A stretch of 64,000 nucleotides of DNA, taken from Candidatus Latescibacterota bacterium. GTDB lineage: Bacteria > Latescibacterota > UBA2968. The stretch covers positions 2,432,001 to 2,496,000 of the forward strand of contig OZ242320.1 of NCBI GenBank assembly GCA_965208125.1, read 5' to 3'. Below the pieces are notes generated by a model. The model had not been told where the DNA came from. It was given only the letters and a program-made list of their open reading frames with translations, and did not search any database. Position numbers and translations under genes: made by a program. The first letter of the stretch is position 1, and every line of letters starts with the position of its first letter. This document shows, piece by piece, positions 26,417 to 35,317 of this stretch.

Positions 26417-28864
26417 ATGGAGATGCAAAAGAATATCATGAGAGTTTTCATTTTGGTAGGGTATATATATTTGGGATTATGTCAAAGTGCGAATGCCCAA
26501 ATTATGATCACAGGCAAAATTGTCGATGCTGATAGCGGACAGCCATTAGAGACTGCTAATATTAGAGCTAAGGATACGTTTTTTGCAACGATATCTAATG
26601 AAGATGGTGTGTTTGTGCTCGAGGTCTCGGAATTTCCTGTCACGTTGATCATTACGCATATTGGATATGCAGATCAGAGGGTTTTGGTGAATGAGGCTGC
26701 TGAAATCCCGTCTATCAGAATGCAGCCTGTGGCATACCCATTTGAGGAAATTATTGTAACGTCTGATATGGGATCGACAATTATGCAAAGAGTCATTGAG
26801 CAAAAGGGTCAATGGCGACCAAATCTGAAGCGTTTTAAGGCGATGGCATATACGCGGCAAGTCGCTGAAAATCTCGAAGGCGAAGCGCGCATTGTCGGGA
26901 TAGGGGATCTCGTATCTGAAATGCATTGGGATCGCGATAAAGGTTCCCGTGAAGTCATCCTGTCTAAACGCCATACCAAAAACGTCCCGGAATGGTTACA
27001 AACCTATTCCATCGTTAAACCTCTTTATTCACTACCCAATATTTATGATGACGAGGTTTTTTTTGCGGGAAACCGTATTATTGGTCCAACTCATCCAGAT
27101 GCACTCAATTTTTATCATTTTCAGTTGCGTGAGCAACAATACAATGGGGAACAGATTATCTATGAAATATCCCTGCGCCCTAAGACCAAACTCCAACCGG
27201 CTTTTATGGGCCGGGTATTTGTTTTGGATGAAGCCTTTGTGATTTTACGAGCCGAATTAGAGCTCAGTTCTATTATATATTCAAGTGCGCCCTTAGCCAG
27301 AGTAAAAACTTCCTTTCTCCAGCAATTTCAGGAGTTTGGGGACGATATGTGGTTGCCCATTGATTTTCACCTGCAGATTGAGGGAAGCGGAGGTATTCCC
27401 GGATTGTTTCGCACTGCCAGGGGCAGACTGACGTTGATTACACAGTTGAAAAATTTTGAGATAAACCAACAATTTGCCACCCAGATCTACGAGAGGGGCC
27501 AGATTGTTTCGGTTGATGATGTTTCCGTTCGAGAGGACAGCTTATTTACAAAATTTTCAGATAGAATGCCCTTTTCAGAAAGAGAGGAGAAGGCTTATGG
27601 TGAAATTGATGAGAAGTTGACGATTCGCAAGGCATTCCCACCTTCTGGTCCTCTGGCGCGTTGGACCACAATGAGCCTGGGACCGTTGAGGTCACCAGAC
27701 CCGTCTCAGACTCCCAGGGGGTATAGATGGGTTTTTAGTTGGGGAAAGGGCGGAGACTATAATCGCGTCAGTATGGCGGAAATGAGGGCGAGAATGGGTT
27801 TTGGCGTGATCAATTCAGCTACGGGAAGGCGAGATAGGTTGTTCCTTGAAGGTGGATATGCTCAGGGTCCCGCCCGCTGGCTTTATCGCGCTGAATTTTG
27901 GCACGAATGGGGCAGGACCCGTCTTTCGAGGAACCAGGGGCGACTGAGTGTTCGTCATCGAGCCGGTATTGCTGAACGGTATTATTCGTATCATTACGGT
28001 TTTCGCCCGGTAGGCAGGATTTTATCTACGAATAATATCCTCTCGCTATTGGGTTGGGAAGATTACTACGACTATTATTGGAGAGAATCTACAGATGTGG
28101 TATTTTTTCAAACTTTTTTAGAAAGAAAAGCGGGACTGATCGTTGGGTTTCACGATGAGAAGCATTCTTCGCTGGGCAAGCAGACGGATTTCAATATTTT
28201 GGGAAGAGATAAAATACAACGTATAAATCCACCTGTTGATGAAGGTCGGCTCCGTTATATTGATTTCAGATTTTATTTTGCAAAGTCTCGTTATAAGCGT
28301 GCGACTGCTCGGGTTGAATGGGGTTCTTCAGATCTCTTAAAGAGCGATTTCTCTTATGTCAAATACGAATTGGATTTTGATTGGCGTATTGAAACATTTT
28401 TGAAGCGTCGCGCAAGACCCAATGTTTTAGATGTTCGCGTTACGGCTGGCACTTTTACGGGTGATTTACCCGTACAGCGTTTTGGCGTTCTGGATGTTTG
28501 GCGTCCTTTCACTTCGTTTGGCACTTTTAAGCATTTGAATGGCTATCCCTATGAAGGCGAAAAATATTTCGGTGTGTACTGGCAGCACAATTTTCGCTCT
28601 GCGCCTTTTGAGATGTTCAATATGGAATATTTGGCAAAAAGAGGCTTTGATATCATGCTTCATGGCGGATCGGGACGAACCTGGATATCGAAAGAGAAAT
28701 TGGATATGCTACAATATCAACCCCAGGTTCTCGATAAGTTCTATCACGAAGCGGGTATTTCTTTAAACATGTATCATGTGATTCGCATTAACGCGACCAA
28801 AAGGCTGGACGAGGATGGATTTTCAATACGAGCTAATTTTACACTGATGAGGCCCCAATTATGA
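26417..28864 (+). CDS. Outer-membrane protein with N-terminal carboxypeptidase-regulatory-like domain (DUF5686-like)
   Basis: Signal peptide; ITGKIVDADSGQPL..ANI, TISNEDGVF.L, THIGY; beta-rich C-terminal region ending in aromatic strands. Confidence 0.7.
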   Translation: MEMQKNIMRVFILVGYIYLGLCQSANAQIMITGKIVDADSGQPLETANIRAKDTFFATISNEDGVFVLEVSEFPVTLIITHIGYADQRVLVNEAAEIPSIRMQPVAYPFEEIIVTSDMGSTIMQRVIEQKGQWRPNLKRFKAMAYTRQVAENLEGEARIVGIGDLVSEMHWDRDKGSREVILSKRHTKNVPEWLQTYSIVKPLYSLPNIYDDEVFFAGNRIIGPTHPDALNFYHFQLREQQYNGEQIIYEISLRPKTKLQPAFMGRVFVLDEAFVILRAELELSSIIYSSAPLARVKTSFLQQFQEFGDDMWLPIDFHLQIEGSGGIPGLFRTARGRLTLITQLKNFEINQQFATQIYERGQIVSVDDVSVREDSLFTKFSDRMPFSEREEKAYGEIDEKLTIRKAFPPSGPLARWTTMSLGPLRSPDPSQTPRGYRWVFSWGKGGDYNRVSMAEMRARMGFGVINSATGRRDRLFLEGGYAQGPARWLYRAEFWHEWGRTRLSRNQGRLSVRHRAGIAERYYSYHYGFRPVGRILSTNNILSLLGWEDYYDYYWRESTDVVFFQTFLERKAGLIVGFHDEKHSSLGKQTDFNILGRDKIQRINPPVDEGRLRYIDFRFYFAKSRYKRATARVEWGSSDLLKSDFSYVKYELDFDWRIETFLKRRARPNVLDVRVTAGTFTGDLPVQRFGVLDVWRPFTSFGTFKHLNGYPYEGEKYFGVYWQHNFRSAPFEMFNMEYLAKRGFDIMLHGGSGRTWISKEKLDMLQYQPQVLDKFYHEAGISLNMYHVIRINATKRLDEDGFSIRANFTLMRPQL

Positions 28865-29865
28865 ATTTGAAGCCCAAATTTTCGGTGATTATCCCAACAT
28901 ATAATCGCGCAAATTATATTGGGGAGGCTGTTGAGAGCGTTTTGCAACAGACGTATCAGGGTTTTGAACTCATTGTGGTGAATGATGGTTCTACGGATGA
29001 TACGGCAGAGGTGATCAGCCAGTTTGGAGATCGGATTTGCTATGTTGAAAAGGCAAATGGTGGGAAGGCGTCTGCTGTGAATCTGGGTCTGAAATATGTG
29101 ACGGGTGAGTATGTTTGGATTTTGGACGATGATGATATCGGGTTGCCGAATAAGCTCGAGTTGCACGCGGCGCAGTTTGCAGAAGATCCGGATTTGAAGT
29201 TTGTCTATACGGGTTATGAATTCATAGAGGGTGAGAGAAGCGATTTGCCCGTGCGGTCTTTTGAAGCGAGGATGCCGCCCATAGGCGATATGGTGATGTA
29301 TTTGTTTGGGCGGTTTGAGTTGTGCAGTCCCACTGTGGTTGCCCATCGGATGTGTTATGAGAGGGTCGGCTGTTTTGACGAGCGTTTGATTCGCGGGCAA
29401 GATTACGATATGTGGATTCGCATGATACGCGCCGGGTTTAAAATTGGGATTATTAAACAACCCACGCTTCGATGTCGCATGCATGAGGGTGATCGAGGTT
29501 CGGCGTCTGATCGCTTTTCTGCGAGCGATATAAGAAAAAAGAATCGGGAATATCTGGGGCTTATTGTGCAGAAGTTGTATTGGGAGTTGCCTCTACGGGC
29601 TTTTTACAGTCGTTTGGCTCAAGATCCAAATGACCCGATTTTGATTCTGAAGGCGCTGTTGAGGCGTTTGTGGGTGATGCCCCTCGCGCTACAGGACGAG
29701 GTGTTGCGCGATCTGGATATGCTGGAAAGACATGTCGAACAGCATCGCTTGTCTTTTGATGATTCTGCCAACCGTTTTTTGATAAGTCTAAAAAATACAA
29801 CAGAACAAACCACACCCCGTGTTGCCAAAAAGGTTGAAAAAATTCTAAATATGACACATGATTAA
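28861..29865 (+). CDS. Glycosyltransferase family 2
   Basis: SVIIPTYNRA, VVNDGSTDDT, NGGKASAVN.G, ILDDDD, GQDYDMWIR; ATGA overlap with the upstream gene. Confidence 0.92.
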   Translation: MNLKPKFSVIIPTYNRANYIGEAVESVLQQTYQGFELIVVNDGSTDDTAEVISQFGDRICYVEKANGGKASAVNLGLKYVTGEYVWILDDDDIGLPNKLELHAAQFAEDPDLKFVYTGYEFIEGERSDLPVRSFEARMPPIGDMVMYLFGRFELCSPTVVAHRMCYERVGCFDERLIRGQDYDMWIRMIRAGFKIGIIKQPTLRCRMHEGDRGSASDRFSASDIRKKNREYLGLIVQKLYWELPLRAFYSRLAQDPNDPILILKALLRRLWVMPLALQDEVLRDLDMLERHVEQHRLSFDDSANRFLISLKNTTEQTTPRVAKKVEKILNMTHD

Positions 29866-29949
29866 TCATCGAATCAAAAAAAAGGCGTCATCGCGGCATG
29901 TTTAAAGCCGCGATCCAGTGTTTTTGCCTTTTCATCTGTGGTTGCTTTT

Positions 29950-32900
29950 ATGTTTAAAATCGGCACCATTCTCGACAACAAATACCAAATCCAGACGCAC
30001 CTGGGAGCCGGAGGCATGGGGGAAGTTTATCGGGTGTTGGACCTGGAGCAAGGCCAGGACTGTGCGCTCAAAATTTTGAATACCATGGTGGATCAGAAGG
30101 CTGTGCATCGCCGTTTCCATAGAGAATTTCAAATGCTGAACAGATTGCAGCACCCGCGCCTGGTAAGCACCTTTGCCTGGGGATTTGCCGAAGGTCGTCC
30201 CTATTTTACAATGGAATATTTGCCCGGAAAGACATTGGAAAAAATAATCGCCGATCAGGCACATTTGGGACAATTTCGGGCGTCTCACTTTTTCAATTTG
30301 ATACAGCAAATTGTCGAGGGATTGGCTTATGTCCACGCGCAGGGTGCAGTGCATCGCGATCTCAAGCCATCCAATATTATGGTTTTGGAAACAGAAGAGG
30401 GGATTGAAACCACGATTCTGGATCTGGGGTTGGCTAAATTTAGACATCTGCACAGTGTTTCCATCACGCAGACGGGGGCAACAATTGGTACAGCAGAATA
30501 TATGTCGCCAGAGCAGGGTAAGGGTCTTTGGGTGGATCATCGGTCAGATTTGTACTCATTGGGCGTGATCTTATACGAAATGCTCATGGGTGCGCCGCCT
30601 TTTTCTGGACAAAACCCGATATCTGTTATTATGAAGCATATTCGAGAGTCACCACCATCAATGGCTGAAGCCCATGTCGAAGTTCCAGCCCAGACGCAAC
30701 AAATAGTGCTGAAGTTGCTGGCAAAGGAGCCTGTTGATCGTTATCAGTCGGCAGAGGAGGTGGTGCAGGCGTTGAATGGTGTGGCATCATCGAGGTTTAT
30801 GCTGTCTGATGACAAGCAGCGCGATGTGCATAGGAAAGTGATGCGGCCGCAATTTGTCGGGCGCGAGTCCGAGATGAAGACGTTGCGCGCGATGTTGCAG
30901 GATGTACAGGCTGGCGAGCAGCGCGTGGTTCTGATCTCCGGTGAGGTAGGGGTGGGCAAATCGAGACTAATTGAGGAACTATTGGGCGACGCTTTGATCC
31001 ATGATTTTCTGTGTTTGAAAGGTGCAGGGCGAGAAGAGGGTGGACAAATCTACGGTGCGTTGGTGGAGGCTTTTCAGCGAGTAAAAACGACGGATTTGGT
31101 GGGGCGGGTGCCCGATTCATTAGAGACGGACAAGTTTTCTGTTATGGAGCACTGGTTGCAGTTATTAAAGCGTCTGCGACAGAAACAGCCCATTGTGTTG
31201 TGTTTGGAAGATATTCAGTGGCTTGATGAATTGACCCTGGAATTTTTGCAGTATGTGTTGCGCGATCCAGAACCCTGCCCATTTTTGTTATGCCTGACTT
31301 ACCAATGGTCTAACAGGGAATCCATTCCAGAGGAAATTGAGAATTTTATAAGTAGTAATGAATTTGCTGGGGCGACCCGGATTCAGTTGGAGAATCTACC
31401 GCGAAAAGAGGTGGGGTATTTAGCGGCGTCGATGTTGGGGGAGCGATCCATACCATCGGATGCATTGCAAACTCTGTTTAGAGAAACGGGTGGGCAACCC
31501 CTGTTTGTCGTGGAGGCTGTGCGGACGCTGGTGAATGCCGATGTGATTCGGCAGAATTTGTATGGCGATTGGCAGTGGGAAGAATTTCCCGAAACCCTGT
31601 TGTCCGATGATATTTCAGAGGTTTTGTACAGGCGCATAACTGCCCTTCCTGCGGTGCAACGTCAGGTCATGGAATACGCGTGTGTTTTTTTGAATGATTT
31701 TTCTTTTGAATTATTGGCTGAGATTTGGCTCGGTGATGAGTTGAAGTTGTTGGATGTGCTCGAAGACTTGATTGAAGAGGGGCTGTTAATTACTTATGGC
31801 GATGAGGAGCGGTATCGTTTTTCACAGGGTTTGTATCGGCGGGCAATTTACGACCGCATGCAAGATGTGCGGCGGCGGTTGTTACATCGTGAAATAGGTA
31901 ATGCTCTGGAAGAGTCGGAAGGTGCAGAAGAATTGACAGAAGAATTGAGTCGGGGTATTATTCGCCGCGTTATTGAGACAAATGAACCCGTTTTGAGTAT
32001 GGACGCCCAGACAGACGAAAGGTTAAATCGTTACCAAAGCGTGATAGACTACAATATTCGGTCTGTATTGTGTGTGCCTGTATTCCATCTTAATGAAGGT
32101 GTGATGGGTGCGCTATATGTGGATCATCGCGGCATGGGCAACGCATTTTCTGAAGCAGATCAGACGTTTTTACAGGCATTTGCGAATTTGGTGGGGGTGG
32201 CGCTGGTCAATGCGAAGATGTATGAACAATTGAAAGAGAGAGCACAATATTTGCAGCAAGAGGTCGAAAGGCGGTACCAGCTTGGCGATATGTTTGGACA
32301 TAGTGATGCGATGCAGGCGATCTACCGGCTTATCGAACGCGCGGCAAAGAGTGATGTTCCCGTGCTTGTGCAGGGCGAAACAGGTACGGGTAAAGAATTG
32401 GCAGCGCGTGCCATACACTACAATAGCACGCGCAAAGACCAGCGTTTTTTGTCACAAAATTGTGCCACACTATCACCAGAGTTGTTGCAGAGTGAGTTGT
32501 TTGGGCACAAAAAAGGCGCGTTTACTGGCGCAAATGAAGATCACATTGGGATTTTTGAGGCTGCCAATGGCGGTACGGTTTTTCTCGATGAAATCGCCGA
32601 TGCCCCACCGCAGTTGCAAAGGAGTTTGTTGCGGGTGTTGCAAGAAGGGGAGATTCGGCGCGTGGGGGAAACAGTGGATCACACAGTAGATGTCCGCATT
32701 ATTGCAGCGACCAATCGAGATTTAAAAGAGGAAGTAGAGAACGGCTCTTTTCGCGAAGATTTGTATTACCGCTTGCATGTGATTCAGATCGATATGCCGC
32801 CTTTGCGGGAATACCTCGAAGATGTGCCATTATTGGCTGAACATCTACTCATTCGTGCAAAAGAAGAGGCAAACAAGTCGGTTGGGGGACTGACAGTGGG

Positions 32901-33219
32901 TGCAATCAGGGCGCTCACAAGTTACAACTGGCCTGGCAATGTGCGCGAGTTGGAGAATGAGATTCGGCGGGCGGTGGCATTGGCAGAAGAAGAGGGGGAT
33001 ATTACGCCCGATTTGTTTTCAGAATCCATTGGGCATACAGTGTCAGATATTCCTGTCGAATTCCAGGGGCGTTTACAAGACCATGTCCAGGAGTATGAGA
33101 GACGGTTGATTCGAGCCGCACTCGAGAAATGCGATGGCAATATTACGCATACTGCCAGAGAATTGGGGATGACGCGCGTTGGTTTGCATAAGAAGATCAA
33201 TCGTCTGGGATTGAGATAG
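29950..33219 (+). CDS. Ser/Thr kinase - P-loop ATPase - GAF - sigma54 activator (AAA+) - Fis HTH fusion
   Basis: LGAGGMGEVY, ALK, HRDLKPSN, DLGLAK, GTAEYMSPEQ; FVGRESE and GEVGVGKS; RSVLCVP..GALYVD; GETGTGKE, SELFGHKKGAFTGA, FLDEI, FREDLYYRL, WPGNVRELEN; C-terminal HTH. Confidence 0.93.
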   Translation: MFKIGTILDNKYQIQTHLGAGGMGEVYRVLDLEQGQDCALKILNTMVDQKAVHRRFHREFQMLNRLQHPRLVSTFAWGFAEGRPYFTMEYLPGKTLEKIIADQAHLGQFRASHFFNLIQQIVEGLAYVHAQGAVHRDLKPSNIMVLETEEGIETTILDLGLAKFRHLHSVSITQTGATIGTAEYMSPEQGKGLWVDHRSDLYSLGVILYEMLMGAPPFSGQNPISVIMKHIRESPPSMAEAHVEVPAQTQQIVLKLLAKEPVDRYQSAEEVVQALNGVASSRFMLSDDKQRDVHRKVMRPQFVGRESEMKTLRAMLQDVQAGEQRVVLISGEVGVGKSRLIEELLGDALIHDFLCLKGAGREEGGQIYGALVEAFQRVKTTDLVGRVPDSLETDKFSVMEHWLQLLKRLRQKQPIVLCLEDIQWLDELTLEFLQYVLRDPEPCPFLLCLTYQWSNRESIPEEIENFISSNEFAGATRIQLENLPRKEVGYLAASMLGERSIPSDALQTLFRETGGQPLFVVEAVRTLVNADVIRQNLYGDWQWEEFPETLLSDDISEVLYRRITALPAVQRQVMEYACVFLNDFSFELLAEIWLGDELKLLDVLEDLIEEGLLITYGDEERYRFSQGLYRRAIYDRMQDVRRRLLHREIGNALEESEGAEELTEELSRGIIRRVIETNEPVLSMDAQTDERLNRYQSVIDYNIRSVLCVPVFHLNEGVMGALYVDHRGMGNAFSEADQTFLQAFANLVGVALVNAKMYEQLKERAQYLQQEVERRYQLGDMFGHSDAMQAIYRLIERAAKSDVPVLVQGETGTGKELAARAIHYNSTRKDQRFLSQNCATLSPELLQSELFGHKKGAFTGANEDHIGIFEAANGGTVFLDEIADAPPQLQRSLLRVLQEGEIRRVGETVDHTVDVRIIAATNRDLKEEVENGSFREDLYYRLHVIQIDMPPLREYLEDVPLLAEHLLIRAKEEANKSVGGLTVGAIRALTSYNWPGNVRELENEIRRAVALAEEEGDITPDLFSESIGHTVSDIPVEFQGRLQDHVQEYERRLIRAALEKCDGNITHTARELGMTRVGLHKKINRLGLR

Positions 33220-33230
33220 GTGTGAAACCA

Positions 33231-33358
33231 GTGTATCCTTATATATACAGTATGTCCTATTGTTTACATTATTAATATCTATATAAATCAATTAGTTATG
33301 AGTATTTTATTTTATAAACGTTTGTAAGTGTATCCTTTCAGATACACTTGTATCTGAA
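33231..33358. promoter_or_regulatory. Candidate enhancer (UAS) palindromes and IHF site
   Basis: Perfect AAGTGTATC-N6-GATACACTT (33326-33349); degenerate GTGTATC-N6-TATACAG (33231-33250); overlapping TTCAGATACA-CT-TGTATCTGAA (33337-33358); IHF consensus AATCAA-TTAG-TTA (33286-33298). Confidence 0.65.
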
Positions 33359-33409
33359 TGTCGCATTTACAACACACGTAATTCTTAAATTTTATTTCCT
33401 TGTTTTTTT

Positions 33410-33442
33410 AAGCACTTGAGCTTTTTCAAGTGCTTTTTTTTT
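33410..33442 (+). terminator. Hairpin with U-tract just upstream of the sigma54 promoter
   Basis: AAGCACTTGA-6 nt-TCAAGTGCTT followed by a T run. Confidence 0.5.
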
Positions 33443-33456
33443 GATAGAACGATTTG

Positions 33457-33472
33457 TGGCACGAATTTTGCA
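33457..33472 (+). promoter_or_regulatory. Sigma54 (-24/-12) promoter
   Basis: TGGCACGAATTTTGCA matches the consensus TGGCACG-N4-TTGCA with exact GG-N10-GC spacing, 47 nt before the precursor ATG. Confidence 0.9.
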
Positions 33473-33519
33473 ATATGAAGGGCAGAGATAGCATTTAAAT
33501 TCTCAATAAGGAGGATACC

Positions 33520-33702
33520 ATGGCAACGCCACGCAAGTTGAATTTGATCAATGGAACGATAGATACAGAGGGTGATATTCAAACACTTCGGTCCGCAGAT
33601 AGTCTCAAAATTGGGGGATGTCCAGCTGGCTGGCCATCTGTTCCTCCCCTGCCTTTTCCCAATGACGATGACGATAGGGACGATCTTGAGCGCCCGGAGT
33701 GA
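33520..33702 (+). CDS. RiPP precursor peptide (60 aa)
   Basis: Strong RBS AAGGAGGA (33508-33515); first ORF after the sigma54 promoter; directly upstream of the rSAM/SPASM gene; leader KLNLING...DSLKIGG-C, Pro-rich core, acidic tail. Confidence 0.8.
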   Translation: MATPRKLNLINGTIDTEGDIQTLRSADSLKIGGCPAGWPSVPPLPFPNDDDDRDDLERPE

Positions 33703-33730
33703 ATCATCTCTGTCCTGAGGATTACCCGAC

Positions 33731-35161
33731 ATGCTGTGCATTCAAAAATGCGACATGCATCTTTTTCAAACTGAAGAACACAAACAGCCTGTTGCCTATC
33801 AGGTTGAGACGGGTCTGTTTTTTGAATTGGATCCCCATTTCCAGGCAATTTTAGCGTGTTGTGAGGGCTTGTCGGCTTCACAGGTTGTCCAGAGGTTGAC
33901 CGATCAATACGAGGCAGAGGAAATTGCCGAGGCCATTGAGGAATTGGTACAGGTGGGTTTGATTTCAGATGGTGCATTACCCTTGGTGTCCCAGGTGCCG
34001 ACGACAGAGGGGATGGCAGCCTGTGGGGTATCGCAGACAGATCGTTTGCAGGTGTCCTTGCACGTTTCGCATACGTGCAATATCCAATGTGCGTATTGCT
34101 TTGCTCACGGTGGAGATTATGGCGGTAAGGCTATGCTGATGCAATCCGATGTTGCCGAGCAAGCCATACGCTGGATCGTCACCGAGGCTCAGGTGTTCGG
34201 ACGGTGCCAGATTGATTTCTTTGGCGGGGAGCCGCTCTTGAATTTTCCATTGATTCAGGAGCTTGTCCCATTTGCCAAATCCCTGGGCGCGCGATTGGGT
34301 GTGCAGGTTGGTTTTGGTATTGTGACCAATGGCACGTTGTTGACTGACGAGATGAAGCAGTTTTTGGTTGATGAAAAGTTTCAGATTAAGGTCAGCCTGG
34401 ATGGTGGGCGCAAAACACAGGACCGCATTCGCAAGTTTCACAATGGTTCTGGCACTTATGATGTTGTGGCAAAGAATGTACAGAAATTGACTGATGAGGT
34501 GCCTGAGCGCGTGTATTTGCAGGCTATTATGACAGCGTATGATATGGACGAGGATCAGATTGCCGATGCGTTGCGTTCTCTGGGTACTGATAACGCGCTC
34601 ATCGGTCCGGCTGTTGTTTCACCTGATGCGCCTTATGCTATTGGGGAAGAACACATACCCGTTTTGAAGCAACAAATTTACAAGCGCAGCCGGCGTGCGC
34701 TCAAAGCCATTTTAAGTGGTGAAGAAAGTGAAGAGTTTGATCCGCGGATTCAAAAACTTTTGACGCGCGCAAAATCCTGTCACGGGTGCTTGGGTGGCAA
34801 GCAGTATTTGGCGATTGCAGCGGATGGGTCGATTTATTTTTGCTCGAGTTTGGCCGATGCGCCCGAGTTTAAGATGGGTGATGTGTTTTCGGGTATTGAT
34901 CGCGAAAAGCAGCAGCATTTTGACGCGCAGTTCAATGTGAATAATCGTCCTGAGTGCAAGACGTGCTGGGCGCGCAATTTGTGTGGTGGCGGGTGTCTTT
35001 GGGAGGCGAGGACGACGACGGGTGACCCAATGTATCCAAACCCTGTTGCTTGTGAACAGACGCGCTATCGCTATGAACTGGCGATGGAGATGTGTATGGA
35101 GATAGCAGAGGAGGATGCGTCTTTGTTGCAGCGACGATATGATCTGGAAGTGGCTTCATAA
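33731..35161 (+). CDS. Radical SAM/SPASM peptide maturase with N-terminal RRE (PqqD-like) domain
   Basis: CNIQCAYC (CxxxCxxC), FFGGEPLLN, VTNGTLL, VSLDG; SPASM cysteines CLGG...IYFC...CKTCWARNLCGGGC...C; N-terminal ~75-aa strand/helix domain ending EAIEELVQVGLI. Confidence 0.93.
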   Translation: MLCIQKCDMHLFQTEEHKQPVAYQVETGLFFELDPHFQAILACCEGLSASQVVQRLTDQYEAEEIAEAIEELVQVGLISDGALPLVSQVPTTEGMAACGVSQTDRLQVSLHVSHTCNIQCAYCFAHGGDYGGKAMLMQSDVAEQAIRWIVTEAQVFGRCQIDFFGGEPLLNFPLIQELVPFAKSLGARLGVQVGFGIVTNGTLLTDEMKQFLVDEKFQIKVSLDGGRKTQDRIRKFHNGSGTYDVVAKNVQKLTDEVPERVYLQAIMTAYDMDEDQIADALRSLGTDNALIGPAVVSPDAPYAIGEEHIPVLKQQIYKRSRRALKAILSGEESEEFDPRIQKLLTRAKSCHGCLGGKQYLAIAADGSIYFCSSLADAPEFKMGDVFSGIDREKQQHFDAQFNVNNRPECKTCWARNLCGGGCLWEARTTTGDPMYPNPVACEQTRYRYELAMEMCMEIAEEDASLLQRRYDLEVAS

Positions 35162-35226
35162 ACCACTGGAGGAGCAGGATCAGAACAGGTCTCCTGGTAT
35201 ATTCCCTGACCCGGGACGCCTGTTTC

Positions 35227-35271
35227 AAGCATACAGGTGTGACGAATATCTATTGTCAGGCCTGTATGCTT
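35227..35271. repeat. Intergenic REP-like stem-loop between the rSAM and methyltransferase genes
   Basis: AAGCATACAGG..TGAC-loop-GTCA..CCTGTATGCTT. Confidence 0.55.
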
Positions 35272-35317
35272 AAAGCCGCCACGCGCATGCCAAAGTAATC
35301 CAATAGAGAAGTGAGAA

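Noticed and set aside
33731-35161. Interpretation as an anaerobic sulfatase-maturating enzyme, given the many sulfatases
   Set aside because: The N-terminal RRE-like extension, the adjacent precursor with a SCIFF-like leader and the absence of an adjacent sulfatase favour a peptide maturase; not formally excluded without HMM scores.
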